Notes under the pieces: model-generated | Told to the model about the DNA's origin: nothing | The model's database searches: none | Seen by the model: the letters and a program-made list of their open reading frames with translations, nothing else | Position numbers and translations under genes: made by a program | Shown: positions 25,849 to 40,038 of the stretch, piece after piece | How positions within the stretch are numbered: position 1 is the first letter of the stretch | Layout of the letters: each line of letters opens with the position of its first letter | DNA from: Octopus sinensis | Lineage: Eukaryota | Assembly (NCBI RefSeq): GCF_006345805.1 | Contig: NC_043003.1 | Span: 63,922,001-63,986,000 of the forward strand | Reading direction: 5' to 3' | DNA length: 64,000 nt

Positions 25849-26070
25849 AAGGCGGCGAGCTGACAGAATCGTTAGCACGCCGGGAAAAATGTCTTGCGGT
25901 ATTTCTCCCTTCTTCACGTTCAGACTTCAGTTACCATCGAGGTCGACTTTGCCTTCCATCCTTTCAGGTTCGATAAAATAAGTACCAGTTGAGCACTGGG
26001 GTCAAGATAATCGATTTATACCCTCCCCCGAACTTGCAGGACTTGTGCCAAAATCCGAAACCAATACCAT
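25849..26070 (+). mobile_element. SINE-B monomer, head-to-head with the previous copy
   Basis: AAGGCGGCGAGCTGACAGAATCGTTAGCACG...CCTCCCCCGAACTTGC. Confidence 0.8.
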
Positions 26071-26224
26071 ATCACGTACTATAATATTTTGAGGGTGTTT
26101 CGGCTGCTATTTTATGCAGATCGCATGAATACTTAGTTTCCGCTAGTATCAACCATTTAATGAAGAACTTACTCGAATCATCAAATCCATTATTATTTTA
26201 TATAGATGAAAAATCGTGGTAAAG

Positions 26225-26529
26225 GCCTTGGTCTCGGGACTACTTATGTCTAGAAACTGAGTTTAGGGCTAAGCAAGGGCATGCTCCCCGTAAAAAATCC
26301 AGCTCCAAAAATGCCTCAATATAGCAATGGAAAATGGGTACCCGCTAACCCAAAGGTGGGTGGGCTGCACCTGCCTACCCCGGTTGCTATGGCATTGAGG
26401 TAGATCCGGCCAACCCCGTTAACGGGGAGCAAATCCGGATGGTGGTGGTAGTGGTGGTGGTGGTGGAGGCGGCGATGGGGATGTTGGTGATGATGAGGAT
26501 GATGATGATGGTGGTGGTGGTGGTGGTGG

Positions 26530-26567
<38 letters not shown>
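26225..26567 (+). mobile_element. Probable non-LTR (RTE-like) 3' end with (GGT/GAT)n tail
   Basis: GC-richer block ending CCAACCCCGTTAACGGGGAGCAAATCCGG then a trinucleotide tail. Clade is inference. Confidence 0.4.
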
Positions 26568-26569
<2 letters not shown>

Positions 26570-26754
26570 AAAGACATGAAAACAGGGTGTACTAGAATGT
26601 TAACCATTCGCCGTTGAGCCTCAGTCAGAAGTATTCGAAATGAAATGACATCTAATTAAAAAATTGTTACGGCACTCAAATTTATGTCGAATTTTATATA
26701 TTTCATTGCTTCGAGTAGAACTTGGAAACCACTTTCAAGAAGCATATTATAGGC

Positions 26755-27060
26755 ACAGACGTGACTGTGTCGTAAGAAGTGTGCTTCCCACACGCGTAGC
26801 TCTGGGTTCATCCCAACTGTGTGGTACATTGGGACAGTGTCTTCTACTATAGCTGCGTCTCGACCAAAGCCTTATGAGTGGATTTGGTTGACAGAAACTG
26901 AAAGAAAAGCGTCACACACACACACACACACACACCACACACATATATATATATATATATATATAATTATATATATTATATATATGCTGCACTGTTTGGT
27001 TGGTGGGGTGCCTAAAACATACCAACACCACTTGTCAAGTGCTGGTCGGGGATAAAACAC

Positions 27061-27092
<32 letters not shown>

Positions 27093-27231
27093 TCACACAC
27101 ACACAGATATATATATATATAGATATATATATCTATATATATCTATATATATCTATATATATTTATATATGTGTGTGTGTGAGTGTGTGTGTGTGTGTGT
27201 GTCTGTGTGTGTGTTGGTGTGTTTGTGTGTG

Positions 27232-27266
<35 letters not shown>

Positions 27267-27447
27267 GTTTATCCCCCACCAGCACTTGACAAGTGGTGTT
27301 GGTATGTTTAGGCACCCCACCAACCAAACAGTTCGGCAAAAGAGACCAAGAGAACAAGTAGTAAGCTTTAAAAAATAAGCACTGCGGCCATTCGTTCAAC
27401 TAAAATGCTTCAAGGCATTGCCCCAGCATGACCGCAGTCTAATGACT
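26755..27447 (+). mobile_element. SINE-A with internal inverted duplication, cut by the gap
   Basis: Family head at 26755, tail CCCCAGCATGACCGCAGTCTAATGACT at 27421-27447, extra inverted arm at 26986-27060. Confidence 0.8.
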
Positions 27448-27547
27448 NNNNNNNNNNNNNNNNNNNNNNNNNNNNNNNNNNNNNNNNNNNNNNNNNNNNN
27501 NNNNNNNNNNNNNNNNNNNNNNNNNNNNNNNNNNNNNNNNNNNNNNN
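27448..27547. other. Assembly gap (100 N)
   Basis: Run of N. Confidence 1.
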
Positions 27548-27550
27548 TAT

Positions 27551-27596
<46 letters not shown>

Positions 27597-27697
27597 TCTA
27601 AAGTTTTTTAATCGAATAGCTGTCAGCGATGTCCAGTTTTGTAATTAATAAATGATTATTAATTATCTGTTATCTTATTTTCTTATATGTATGTACG

Positions 27698-27737
<40 letters not shown>

Positions 27738-27745
27738 TGCATGTA

Positions 27746-27958
27746 CGAAGGTGTACTGAAGAGTTCCTGGTTTTAAGGATGTCGCGAAAGGCCTTGTTGG
27801 AGGCCCAATCTTCCGAGTTCTTTTTGCAGGACTTAGAAAAACTGAAAGACTGCTGTAATAAGCGTGTGAATCTGAGAGGGTAATATGTTGAATAAAACAT
27901 CATTAACTGAGCTTCATGTATTTTCTTTTGCTGAAAGCCAGGAACTTTGAAACACCAC
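27746..27958 (+). mobile_element. Mariner-derived MITE
   Basis: TIR-like CGAAGGTGTACTGAAGAGTTCCTGG / CCAGGAACTTTGAAACACC. Interior encodes a transposase C-terminus (LEKLKDCCNKRVNLRG*YVE*). Copies at 37.4 and 56.2 kb. Confidence 0.75.
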
Positions 27959-28617
27959 AAAGAATGTAAACAATGGGCTTCTTTCAATTTCTGTCAAGCA
28001 AATCCAATCAAAAGGCTTAAAAGGAACTACTGCAGAAGACATAATGCCGTGCAAGGTACCGTAAGTGGGACTGAACACGAGACCATATGGTTGGGAAACA
28101 AGCTTCTTAACCACACATCAATGTCTACTATTCTATCCCATTTTCACGATTATCGGAATTAACACGCGACCTGTTGTATGATTTACGGGTTTATTGGTGA
28201 AACTACAGTCATATTTCAGTCAGTTTTATTCAGCCATTATAAACTATTGATTACAAATAAAAAAAATAAGCAAATAAATAAATAAATAACTATAGACTTT
28301 GTCTCTGAATTCCCATGGTCAGTATCTGATGGTAAAGACTTCGTAAGAAAGCGAATATATCAAATATGCAAATAAAGTCTCCAATAATAAAACCGTCAAG
28401 CTCAGCTTAAGTTCATTGAGAAACTGTTCATTACACAACGAAGAACTGTTGAGTTGTTTAAGGAATATTTGCATAAAGAAGTAATTATTACCAGATAAGT
28501 ATCGATTTCTAATTGATATTTAAGCATTATGATTTGTGATAAGCCTCGGTATATATACATAGACAGAAACATTTAAACGTACACACTCACACACTCACAA
28601 TATGAATAAATACATGT

Positions 28618-28700
<83 letters not shown>

Positions 28701-28818
28701 TATATATAGACTATGTTGGTGCGTGTGTGTGTAATGCATGGATGGATTGATGGATGGATGAATGTACGCACACACAAATATACATATATACACACATATA
28801 TCTTTATATCTACCTCTA

Positions 28819-28873
<55 letters not shown>

Positions 28874-29098
28874 TTACCTAGTTATCTATCGACCTATCTA
28901 TATATATATATGTTTGTGTATGTGTTATGGATGCATGTATGTATCTATATATCTATGTATGTCTGTCTGTATGCTATTATGTATAATGTAAGTATATATG
29001 TGTGTGTGTGTCTGTGTCTATGAATGTACGCATGTATGTCTGTGTCTATGAATGTACGCATGTATGTATGTATGTATGTATGCATGCATATATATATA

Positions 29099-29141
<43 letters not shown>

Positions 29142-30277
29142 TATGTGCATGTATGTATGCCTGTATGTATGCATGTATGTACCGCATGCACAGAAAAACA
29201 GGGAAAGATACACACGTACATATATGCGTACGCACGGACATACATCCAAATCGAAATACGAATACTTACTGAAACGTGCCCATCTTGTTCAGATCATCAC
29301 ATCGTACACGACCAAGGACGCTCTGACATGTTTATTGAAGAAATTAATTGGTGTAGTTAGTTGAAAAATAGTGAGAAGCTCTATGCCAGGCTGGGCGTAG
29401 TTGTAAAAGTAACTAACAGGAAAAACGAGCCGTGATCATGTTAGCGCTTGAGATTAACGATTTCTGAAAGAGAGAATTTAGTTAGTTGTCGCCAGTAAAC
29501 GATAAGAGACGATCAAATATCTGCTAGGGATTTCGTTGCTGTAGGTAATTGCTGATGTTCACAAAGGAATTCAGAAGTGAAAACGTCGATCAAAGAAGTT
29601 ATACTTGTTGTTCTTACTGTTGTCAGGGTTATTTAGCTGCAAGTCAATGCATCCAAAAACATCCAGTAATATCTTTTAGGCTATCTTATCAATCGTTGGT
29701 TCAGTTGAACGATTTTGTTGCTGACGTTCAATTGATCACTAAAATAAGTGACCAGCATCTTTTATTCGTGTTGGTTTCTCTGAATCGTTTTGACATATGG
29801 AATTCCTTCTCATGAAATATACGAGTGTGTAAGCAACCGAATACTCGCAAGATACGGTAATACCTAGAACCAGGGTTGGCCTATGACCCGTCTGTTCAGA
29901 TGTTCCTTTCTATTCTGTTTCTTAAGCAAATCCGCCATCTTTCGTTGGCTTGCCAGGCCTGTTGCGACTTCACTACATTAATTATGTCACAAATTGCTTT
30001 TGCAAAGGATGTGTCTGAATGATTTAACAACACCTTGCGAACATTTAGTTTTGATTTTATTTACGTCTTACATCATACTAGGTTGGTCAGGAATTACAAA
30101 ATATCCACATAGGATTAACAAGATATAAGAAATATAATGCAACATGCTATGTAACTAGATATCAAAACTTAGCACAGAGTCTGGATTCAATACAGGAATA
30201 TATATATATGCGCGTCGCTTTATACCTGCCGTTAAATAATGCATGCCAGGATAAGCATGCTGACATTAGAACGACTA

Positions 30278-30660
30278 TTTTATTTTTTTACTTGTTTCAG
30301 TCATTTGATTGCGGCTATGCTGGAGCACCGCCTTTAGTCGAACAAATCGACCGCAGTACTTATTCTATCGGTGTCTTTTGCCGAACCGCTAATTTACGGG
30401 GACATAAACATGCCAACATCGGTCGTCGAGCGACGGTGGGGGGAAAAACACAGATACACAAACACACACACACACACACACACATAATTTTAATATGGGA
30501 CAGGCTTGTTTCAGTTCGCGTCTACCAAATCCACTCACGAAGTTCAGTCGGCCCGAGGCTATAGTAGAAGACACTTGCCCAAGGTACCATACAGTGGGAC
30601 TGAACCCGGAACCATGTGGTTGGAAAGCAAGCTTATTACTACATAATCATGCTTGTGCCT
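30278..30660 (-). mobile_element. SINE-A full length
   Basis: Matches family. Confidence 0.88.
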
Positions 30661-30869
30661 ATATATGAGAAGTGTTTGTAACGAACCACAGCCTAGCACT
30701 CACTGAAGCTTGGCGAGAGTGGCGATGGCATTCTGTTTGGACGTCTATAACATTCTGCGAATGGAGCTCTTTTACCGACTTTATTTATAGGATATTTACA
30801 TGGAACAATCTAGAAAGATATGGAGAAGCTATCACGTGAAAACCAGCCACTGATTGCCTGATAACTCAG

Positions 30870-31085
30870 CTTCACACGTTAAAGAGTGGAGCGATGTCAT
30901 GGCTTGAAGTCCGTAATTGTGACGGCTCGAGTTCGGGTCTTCCTACACTCATGTTTGCTTGCCGAGTGGACGTGAGAAGAGGTGTTTTGTTCAAGACTAC
31001 AACGCATCTTCCGACCCATGACTCGAAACCACAATCGTACAGTCATGAGGCCAACACCGTTACCACTAAATCATGCATCTCCACT
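30870..31085 (-). mobile_element. Degenerate tRNA-SINE (head type II)
   Basis: Reverse complement GTGGAGATGCATGATTTAGTGGT...GGTTTCGAGTC...GTCTTGAACAAAACAC. Confidence 0.5.
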
Positions 31086-31222
31086 GCTCTACAGATACTT
31101 AACGTAATTGTTTGAGCTGACACAATATGGCAAGACTGGATCCTTTGAATTCCAGGTACCTGTCAGAAAGAGAGAGAGGGAAGCGAAAGAGAGAGAGGGA
31201 AGCGAAAGAGAGAGAGGGAAGC

Positions 31223-31258
<36 letters not shown>

Positions 31259-31635
31259 CCACGTAATCCCAAACTGTATTCTTTGAGTGTATCCCAGATA
31301 AGAAAGGTGGCTAGGAGGTAGAAAGGAAGGATTGAAGAATTGTGGCACTTCAAAGAAGAAAATAAAGGCGGCTTAGATTCGTATAGAGTCAATAACCAAG
31401 TCGAAGCCATAGACTTGCGTTTAAACAAGAGGACATTGTTTATGTGCTTTTACTCCATATTTTTGAGATTTAAATAGTGTTCCTGGAAATCTGTAGCTTT
31501 GGGTGGAAAACAAAGGAAAGAGGAATTTAACGCATTTATATATAAAGGTTCCTGTTGATTGCTATCACAGAAATTACAGCCTAAAATCAATGGCGTGTCA
31601 TAAAGTATCACTCAAACTCAATTAGTAGTTAGGAA

Positions 31636-31990
<355 letters not shown>

Positions 31991-32524
31991 ATTATAGATA
32001 CTATAATGAAGAAAGCTGGAGTTATGTGGAGTTATGTAACTTTTACGAAAAGAAAGCAATAATTAATTTCTCCGTTACCTATAAAATTCCTTAAAACTAT
32101 AATTTTGATATATTTTTATCAAAATGGGGCTTTTAATATTCTTTTCAACTAAACGGTTGATATTAATTCAATGTGAGCGTTCTTTTTAACCTTTAATGCG
32201 ACGTAGCATTTGTAAAGTCTTAAGGCTTTCTCTCTCTCTCTCTCCCTCCCACTCACTCTCCCTATCTATCTGTCTATTTTTCTCTACCCCCTTTTTTTCC
32301 CATTTTTCCATTTCTGTACATTCTCTTTAAATGCAAACGATATATACATTTATATACAAAAAGAAAAGAATATTCATTCACGATTATTATACAAAAAATA
32401 TATTTATAAAACTTTAAATGCGTTTTTATTTTCTCCTTTGACCAATTACGCGAGCGCTCAAATCTCTTTCTCGGTGATTTACATATGTGTTCCTAAATCA
32501 TAGGTAAATAATCCTTCGAACAGA

Positions 32525-32760
32525 CGGTCAGTAGCGACGCCTGCTGGGTTCGGCTGCTCTACATTGATAAGGGTCAAATACGCTGAAACTAGTCTGCAGA
32601 TGCCAGACCAGCAAGGGGAAGTGGCTGACTTCCCCCGTTCGAAGGGTTATAGTGAACACAGCTTCGTGTTTCAAATAGCTAGCTTGAGGCGATGGCCTCT
32701 TGGAGCTAATCAACAGCAGCATTCGTCCTATTTTTTGGACTGCCGTATTAGCTTGGCGAT
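32525..32760 (+). mobile_element. Penelope-like terminal fragment with eroded hammerhead motif
   Basis: CTACA-TTGATAA-...-GAA-ACTAGT-C-TGCAG at 32559-32599 (palindromic ACUAGU, GUC site, core mutated). Confidence 0.45.
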
Positions 32761-32765
32761 AACTA

Positions 32766-32810
<45 letters not shown>

Positions 32811-32948
32811 TATATTAAAGGAATTTTTTTGCCAACCTCATGTGACAGTCCCATTTGGGGACTAATGCTACTGTAGCATTCGCTACTGAATTTCTCTTGT
32901 TGAGAGATTTAGGAACAAAAATGTTTGTATTTTATATTCATATATATA

Positions 32949-32990
<42 letters not shown>

Positions 32991-33470
32991 CCCTTACACA
33001 CAAAGCCACAAACACATATTCTCTTACATAGACTCAAAGGCACATATGAGCTTACAATCGTAAAGTCATAGATTTGATTACCGGACCAGATGGCGCAGTG
33101 TGCTGTTGAAAATCAGTTGAAATGAACACCAGCCACTGTCATATTCTGGGTTTTCCGCCAGAATAAGAGTGGAGGAGGAGCATGTCAACTTGCGACAACG
33201 TTAAGCCCTAAAGCAATCAATTATTAAAAGCATGATTCATACTGTCAAGGCATTATCGATTCTGGGTGACGGCCATAGTAGCTGTGTGTTTACGTGCATG
33301 TGCGAGTGAGTGTGTGTGTGTGTGTTTGTACAAATAAACAGATTCCAAAAAAATGATTCCCAAAAAATTTCCACAGATTCCAAAAACTATTTCACGCTCT
33401 CTCGAAAGTTTATATACACACACACACTCACACGCGCGCGCGCACACATGCACACAAACATATATAAGGC

Positions 33471-33805
33471 GGTTCCGGGTTCAGTACCACTGCATAGCAC
33501 CTTGGGCAAGTATCTTCCACTATAGTCTCGGGTTGACCAATACCTTGCAAATGGATTTGGTAGACGGAAATTGAAAGAAGCCCGTCACATATGTGTATGT
33601 GTCTTTATGCCTGTGCTTGTCCCCTGCCACCACTTTACAACCGGTGTTGGTCTGTTTATATCCCGTTACCTCGCAGTTCGGCAAAAAGGAGTCATTAAAA
33701 TAAGTACCAGGCTTTAAAAACCGTCCTGGGGCGGATTTGTTCAACTAAAACTCCTCAAGGCAGTGCTCCTGCTTGGCCACAGTCAAATGACTGAAACAAA
33801 AAATA
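33471..33805 (+). mobile_element. SINE-A, 5'-truncated
   Basis: Matches family. Confidence 0.85.
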
Positions 33806-33871
33806 ATAGATAGACAGACACACAGAAAGGCAGACGGACACATACATACATAGATACATACATACTTACAT

Positions 33872-34265
33872 AAGTCCAGATTTACACCTGTAATCATTGG
33901 GGTCCTGGGATATGTAACACACTGCCTAAGTACCAAACTTGAGAAATTAGGCTTCTCAAAACCTGGAAAGAGAAAGCTAATTCGAAGACTATAGATCCAG
34001 TCCATCACTGGAACTGTAAAAATCTGTAAAACGTTCCAGAGGTTTTATCATTTAAATATACACGAGCATGTCTAGACATGCAACTATATGCATAATAATA
34101 TATACATAAAGCAAAACGTACAAATATACGCATATACTATACATACATACATACAAAAATACGCCCTTGTTGATGTTGAAATTCCAATGAAGGGCCTTGG
34201 ATCTAGGTTAGAAATCGGTTCTTTCTCTATTGGCAAGAAATCTTGAAATAAAGCTGAACAATGAC
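33872..34265 (+). mobile_element. RLE-type LINE 3' end, (CATA)n-associated family
   Basis: FTPVIIGVLGYVTHCLSTKLEKLGFSKPGKRKLIRRL*IQSITGTVKICK plus the family 3' UTR. Confidence 0.85.
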
Positions 34266-34598
34266 ATACTTAGATGATGTAATGTAAAGTAAGTTTGGGT
34301 GTTCGGCTTGGGCAATAGTCTGGTGTATCCTTTCTGCAGCACTTAATGGAAACTCCTAACTAACCACAATGGTAATCTCGATAATCCTCTGCTGCAGGAA
34401 CTCCATCCAATTATGGCTGGCATAACTTGTGTGTATATAAAGCGTAGAGTAACATATAAGACAAAGAAGATGGAATTACCATTGTTTCGTTACCATTGCG
34501 CAAGTATATTAGCAAACTTTGTTAAGCGTCGGATGTCGCGTCACTCTGCACGGACAAACAGAGACACGAAGACACATACACATAAATATATACATATT

Positions 34599-34988
34599 GG
34601 AGTGGCTGTGTGGTAAGTAGCTTCCGGGTTCAGTCCCACTGGGTGGCATCTTGGGCAAGTGTCTTCTATTATAGCCCCGGGCCGACTGAAGCCTTGTGAG
34701 TGGATTTGGTAGACGGAAACTGAAAAAAGCCTGTCGTATATGTGTATATATATATGTGTGTATGTGTGTGTGTTTGTGTGTGTGTTTGTCTCCCTAGCAT
34801 TGCTTGACAACCGATGCTGGTGTGTTTAAGTCCCCGTCACTTAGCGGTTCGGCAAAAGAGACCGATAGAATAAGTACTGAGCTTACAAAGAATAAGTCCC
34901 GGGGTCGAATTGCTCGACTAAAGGCGGTGCTCCAGCATGGCCGCAGTCAAATGACTGAAACAAGTAAAAGAGTAAAAAGAGTAAAGAG
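34599..34988 (+). mobile_element. SINE-A full length
   Basis: GGAGTGGCTGTGTGGTAAG to GAAACAAGTAAAAGAGTAAAAAGAG. Confidence 0.9.
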
Positions 34989-35374
34989 TATATAGGACGA
35001 GCTGTTTTCATTTCCGTGTACTAAATCCAATTACAAGGTTTTGTGGAAGACACTTGCCCAAGGTGCCAAGCAGTAGGACTGAAACCAGAACCATGGGTGA
35101 ATTTACACATTTCTTTTGAAATTTGTCACACAATCATTTTGATATAATGGTATTCGAATTGAACTGATGCTGAAACAATCGTAATATATATTAAACTTAG
35201 ACTATATTGGCGTCTTCATTTTCTTCTCTCTCTCTCTCTCTCTCTCTCTCCCTTTCAGAATGGACTTAGGAGAAGTGGTAATTTAAGGGGTAACTCCAAC
35301 TCCGGAACTTCCGAACTGGAGCCCCACCACTGGCTGCGGTTTAATGTCGCACTCAGAAAATACAAACACGCACG

Positions 35375-35437
<63 letters not shown>

Positions 35438-36033
35438 TCTCACTCACTCACTCAAACATAGGATGAGTGGAAAAAAAACCACGTCAAACTTTCTGAACGC
35501 CTACTGTAAGAGGTGCCCATCGCTGTCACTTCTGTGTAAAGGAGTGTAAGTCTCTAGCATTGCAGAAAAGCCACATCCGTACTGCTTTAAGAAAGCATTC
35601 CTCAAAATCGAGTTGCAGCCATCATGTGCATATGTGTGTGTGTGTTTGCGAGTGTTCGTGTGCACCTATGTGTGTGTGTGTGTGCGCGCGCGCGTGTATA
35701 TATATTGCGCCATATTTATTTCAATGAATGCTCACTCACCTTTGGATAGAAAGATGAAAACATTTTTTCTGAATTACTTCAGTTGATGCAGATATGAAAA
35801 GATAGAATAGAACAGGAAAGATGGTATTTAATGATAAGTAAAAACAAAACTGCAGTAAAATGAAAATAAGAATTTAATATACTTACATGCTAAAAGGACT
35901 TCTGAAACACTGCATGTATGAATGAATGTATGTATATATGTATGTTTGCATGCATATCTGTCTGTCTGTCTGTCTGTATGTATGTATGTATGTATGTATG
36001 TATGTATGTATGTATGTATGTATGTATGTATAT

Positions 36034-36562
36034 GTGTCATTGTTCCGTTTTTTTTTTATTTCAAGATTTCTTGCCAATAGAGAAAGAACCGGTTTCTAAC
36101 CTAGATTCAAGGTTCCTTCAGTGGAATTTCAAAATCAACAACAGGATATTTTTGTATGTATGTATGTATGTATGTATGTATGTATGTATGTATGTATGTA
36201 TGTATGTATGTGCAGATATTTATTTTTTTGTTTTATGCATGTCTTCTCATGCATATTTAAATGACAAACTTCTGGAAAGTTTTACAGATTTTTACAGTTC
36301 CAGTGCTGGATTGGATCTGCAGTCTTCGAATTAGCTTTCCCCTTTCTGGTTTTGAGAAGCCTAATTTCTCAAGATTGGTATTTAGGCAGTGTGTTACATA
36401 TCCCAGGACCCCAATAATTACAGGTATAAACCTGAACTCGTAATCTGGGTAGTGTAACTGCAGATAATTTCTCTTAAGTTCAGCATAGGTGTTCTCTTTT
36501 TCAATTATCTTCAGCTTTATGTTAACATCCGCTGGGCAACTAATTTCCACAACTGAGGAAAT
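36034..36562 (-). mobile_element. RLE-type LINE 3' end (longest copy) within (TATG)n
   Basis: ORF 36257-36550 EISCPADVNIKLKIIEKENTY...FIPVIIGVLG...TGTVKICKTF (RLE C-terminus). (TATG)n on both flanks. Confidence 0.88.
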
Positions 36563-37141
36563 TATGTATGTATGTATGTATGTATGTATGTATGTATGTA
36601 TGTATGTATGTATGTATGTATGTATGTATGTATGTATGTATGTATGTGTGAGTGTGTGAGTATGTGTGAAAGTATGTGAAAATGGACCTCGAAAGCTTAT
36701 AAATGAACTCAGTAATTCGTGATGGGTACTCTATGAGAAATGAAACCAGTCGTTTTAATCCAACTTCAAGTTGACGAAAGTTCGATAGTTTATCCATTGG
36801 GTCTATTTTTGCTGAGATACTAGATATATGCTTGTTTAGCATATTCTGTATGATATCAATGTACATATATATTCACGAATGAACTACTTAAGTATTATAT
36901 ATACAGATATGTATGTGCTGTGTATGTCATAGGAATTTGAAAAACTTCGAGAAACGTGAAATAATTGGGGGTTTTCTCAAACGGTGGAACTCGAAATAAA
37001 TACAGCTATAGTTAATAGCGTGTAGATATCGGGTAAAGAAAACTCTTTGGGTAGAAAAAGTCGAAGATTTGCCGTGGGACTCGAACCCTCATCGTTTATA
37101 GACACGACGTCACTTTAAGCTTCTAATTCTTTGACGTAATA

Positions 37142-37346
37142 CAGTAATCCCTCGCCATATCACGGTTCACCTATCGCGGTTTATTATTTTAGCTTACGTC
37201 GATTCCGCTGTGGTGTTGTCTTGAAATTTATAATAAAACAAATAGATACAAATTATAAAAATAATAACAAAAAATATACAGTACAGTACTGTTTCTACTT
37301 CACGGATTTTTGTAACGTAACATCCGCGATAATCGAGGAATTGCTG
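37142..37346. mobile_element. Tigger/pogo-like MITE
   Basis: TIRs CAGTAATCCCTCG / CGAGGAATTGCTG with TA on both sides. Confidence 0.7.
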
Positions 37347-37357
37347 TAATATACTTA

Positions 37358-37469
37358 TTAGAGCGGTCCTTCGGTTTTTCTAAGCCTTGTAAAAGAACTT
37401 AGAAGGTTGGGCCTCCAACCAGGCCTTTCACGACATCCTTAAAACCAAGAACTTTTCGACACCCTTTCG
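37358..37469 (-). mobile_element. Mariner MITE half copy
   Basis: Reverse complement matches 27746-27850. Confidence 0.7.
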
Positions 37470-37510
37470 TATATGTGCATGTGTGTGTAAGCATATATCA
37501 TACACAGATA

Positions 37511-37564
<54 letters not shown>

Positions 37565-38869
37565 ATATATTACGTGCTTATGTACCTTCGTGCTCACTCA
37601 CAAAATCATATTTATAACCGTGTCTTCAGCGAATTTTCCATTACCCATACAAACCACTATAAACCCACCCCTATTAACTTTCGGAAATGCATCAACGTTT
37701 CAACTTTCCATATCCGTTCTTCTATAGAGCAGAGACTCTTTCAAATTTACGTAAATGTTTAAATATTAGCTCTTTTGCAACAAAATCTGGTAATTTAACA
37801 AGATAGACAAATAATTTTGTATATAAACTGATCGTATTTTGGAAATCGATATAAAATGTTTGGATTCAGTTAATGTATTGTGACTGTCAATTGAGCTTAA
37901 ATGATTTGTATGTGTTGGAAATTGCTTTTATTGATTAGCCATTGTAAAGTTGATTGGTCAATTAGTTGCTAATAGCAACCCAACAAACAATCACAATAGA
38001 GAGTGGTTTCACAGATTGTTAGACGTTCAATTTTCTATTTGAAATAATTATCCATTTTAAATTATCAACCAAATATTGCTCTTATCTAGGTCAGGTTAAC
38101 ATTAGGATGAAGAGAATTTTAAAACTCACTTTACATTGCTGATTTGATAGAGCCGCACACATATTTTCTTTACATCCGGCTATTGATTTTTCTATAAAAC
38201 AAAACAAAAACGACAGAAAAACGAGTATTACTATGGTTTATGTCTCCATATGTGTGTAATCTTTACATTCATACTGTCGTACAGTCATACAGTGCATTAC
38301 TCAACTTAGAGGTGGGAAAGATCATTTTAAAAACTGAAGTGCTGTCTGTTAACAAGCTGAAGAATGAATATGACAGCTCACTGTTCACATGGTACAAAGA
38401 ATTTATCGTTGATTTCCGTATACGAGTGAATCAAGGTGAAAAAGTATATTTCTACTCGAACAATCAGAAAACCACGGGTTTCTTAAAAGAGATATCGAAG
38501 AATTTATTTCAAATGGTAGAAGTTATTGATAACTTTGTTCTTCTGGCATTATGGTGAACAATTACTGAATGCGGAAGCAAAAACCAACGATAAGTAAGAC
38601 AAGTGTTAGGTCTGAACAGACTTTTGTAGGAAAAAAAATCAACGATGTATATAATAATAGTAAAATAGGTTAGTAAAGACATTTAATAAATACATCTATA
38701 TGACGCATTTTCCAAATGTATTATATAGAGGTCAGATATACACACTGAATACGGATGAAAATCGAAAGCTTCAAGAAACGGCGATAGTATGAATGGTCCT
38801 AGTTTTGCAGACAATTTGAATAATGATTTTCGACATTTTGGCTTGAATAGAATTCAGGAACACGAACAT

Positions 38870-39285
38870 CTTTTATCCTTTAAATTTTATCTTTTATCTT
38901 TTACTTCTTTCAGTCATTAGACTTCGGCCATGCTAGAGCACTGTCTCGAAGAACTTTTGGTCGAATTAGTTGACCGCAGTACTCATTTTTTAAACCTGAT
39001 TCTTATTCTATCGGTCTCTTATCTTCTCCAGAACCGCTATGTTACGGGGGCTTACTTAAAAATACTAACACCGGTTGTCAAGCGGATGTGGGGAACAAAC
39101 ATAGACACACATATATATCTTATATATACGACAGGCGTCTTTCAGTTTCCATCTACTAAGTCCATTCACGAGGCTTTCGTCTGCCCGAAGCTATAAAAGA
39201 AGCTGCTTACCCAAGGTTCCACACAGTGGGATTGAACCCGAAACACTGTGATAGGAAGCAAGCTTCTTATCACATAGCAATGCTT
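38870..39285 (-). mobile_element. SINE-A, degenerate full length
   Basis: Matches family. Confidence 0.8.
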
Positions 39286-39314
39286 GTATGAAATTATTTC
39301 GAATATGGCGCAAA

Positions 39315-39600
39315 AATTGATGTGTGGTTCAGTCCCACTGCACGTCATCTCTAACCCCGGGCCGCCCGATGCTTTGTGAATGAATTTGGTAGACGAAAAT
39401 TATGTGGAAGCCCGTCATGCATGTATGTGTGTGTGCGTGCGTGCGTGTGTGACTGTGTATGTGTGTGTGTGTGTGTTGTACACGCGTCTTGGCGTCTATG
39501 TTTCTTATCCTCACTCAACCCCACTACTTGATAACGGTACTTGTTTGTTTATGTTTTTATAACAGCAAAAGGAACCGTCAGAATAATTACCTCATGTGCT
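39315..39600 (+). mobile_element. SINE-A, degenerate partial
   Basis: GGTTCAGTCCCACTGC...GTAGACGAAAA...CAAAAGGAACCG. Confidence 0.65.
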
Positions 39601-39603
39601 TTT

Positions 39604-40038
39604 AGGCGTAGGAGTGGCTGTGTGGTAACTAACTTGCTTATTAACCACATGGTTCCGGGTTCAGTCCCACTACGTGGCACCTAGGACAAGTGACTTCTAC
39701 TATAGCCTCGGGCCGACCAAAGACTTATGAGTGGATTTGGTAGGCGAAAACTGAAAGAAGCCTATCGTATATATGTATATATATATATATATGTGTGTAT
39801 GTGTGCGTATATGTGTGTGTGTTTGTGTGCCTGTGTTTGTCCCCTCAACATCGCTTGACAACCGATGCTGGTGTGTTAACGTCCCCGTAACTTAGCGGTT
39901 CGGCAAAAGTGACCGATAGAATAAGTACTAGGCTTACAAAGAATAAATCCTGGGGTCGATTTGCTCGACTATTGGCGGTGCTCCAGCTTGGCCACAGTCA
40001 AATGACTGAAACAAGTAAAAGAGTAAAAGGGTAAAGAG
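39604..40038 (+). mobile_element. SINE-A full length
   Basis: Close to consensus. Confidence 0.9.

Noticed and set aside
29400-30060. Unique-looking segment with a CAGGGTTGGC hAT-like end
   Set aside because: No matching second TIR or recognisable ORF on either strand.
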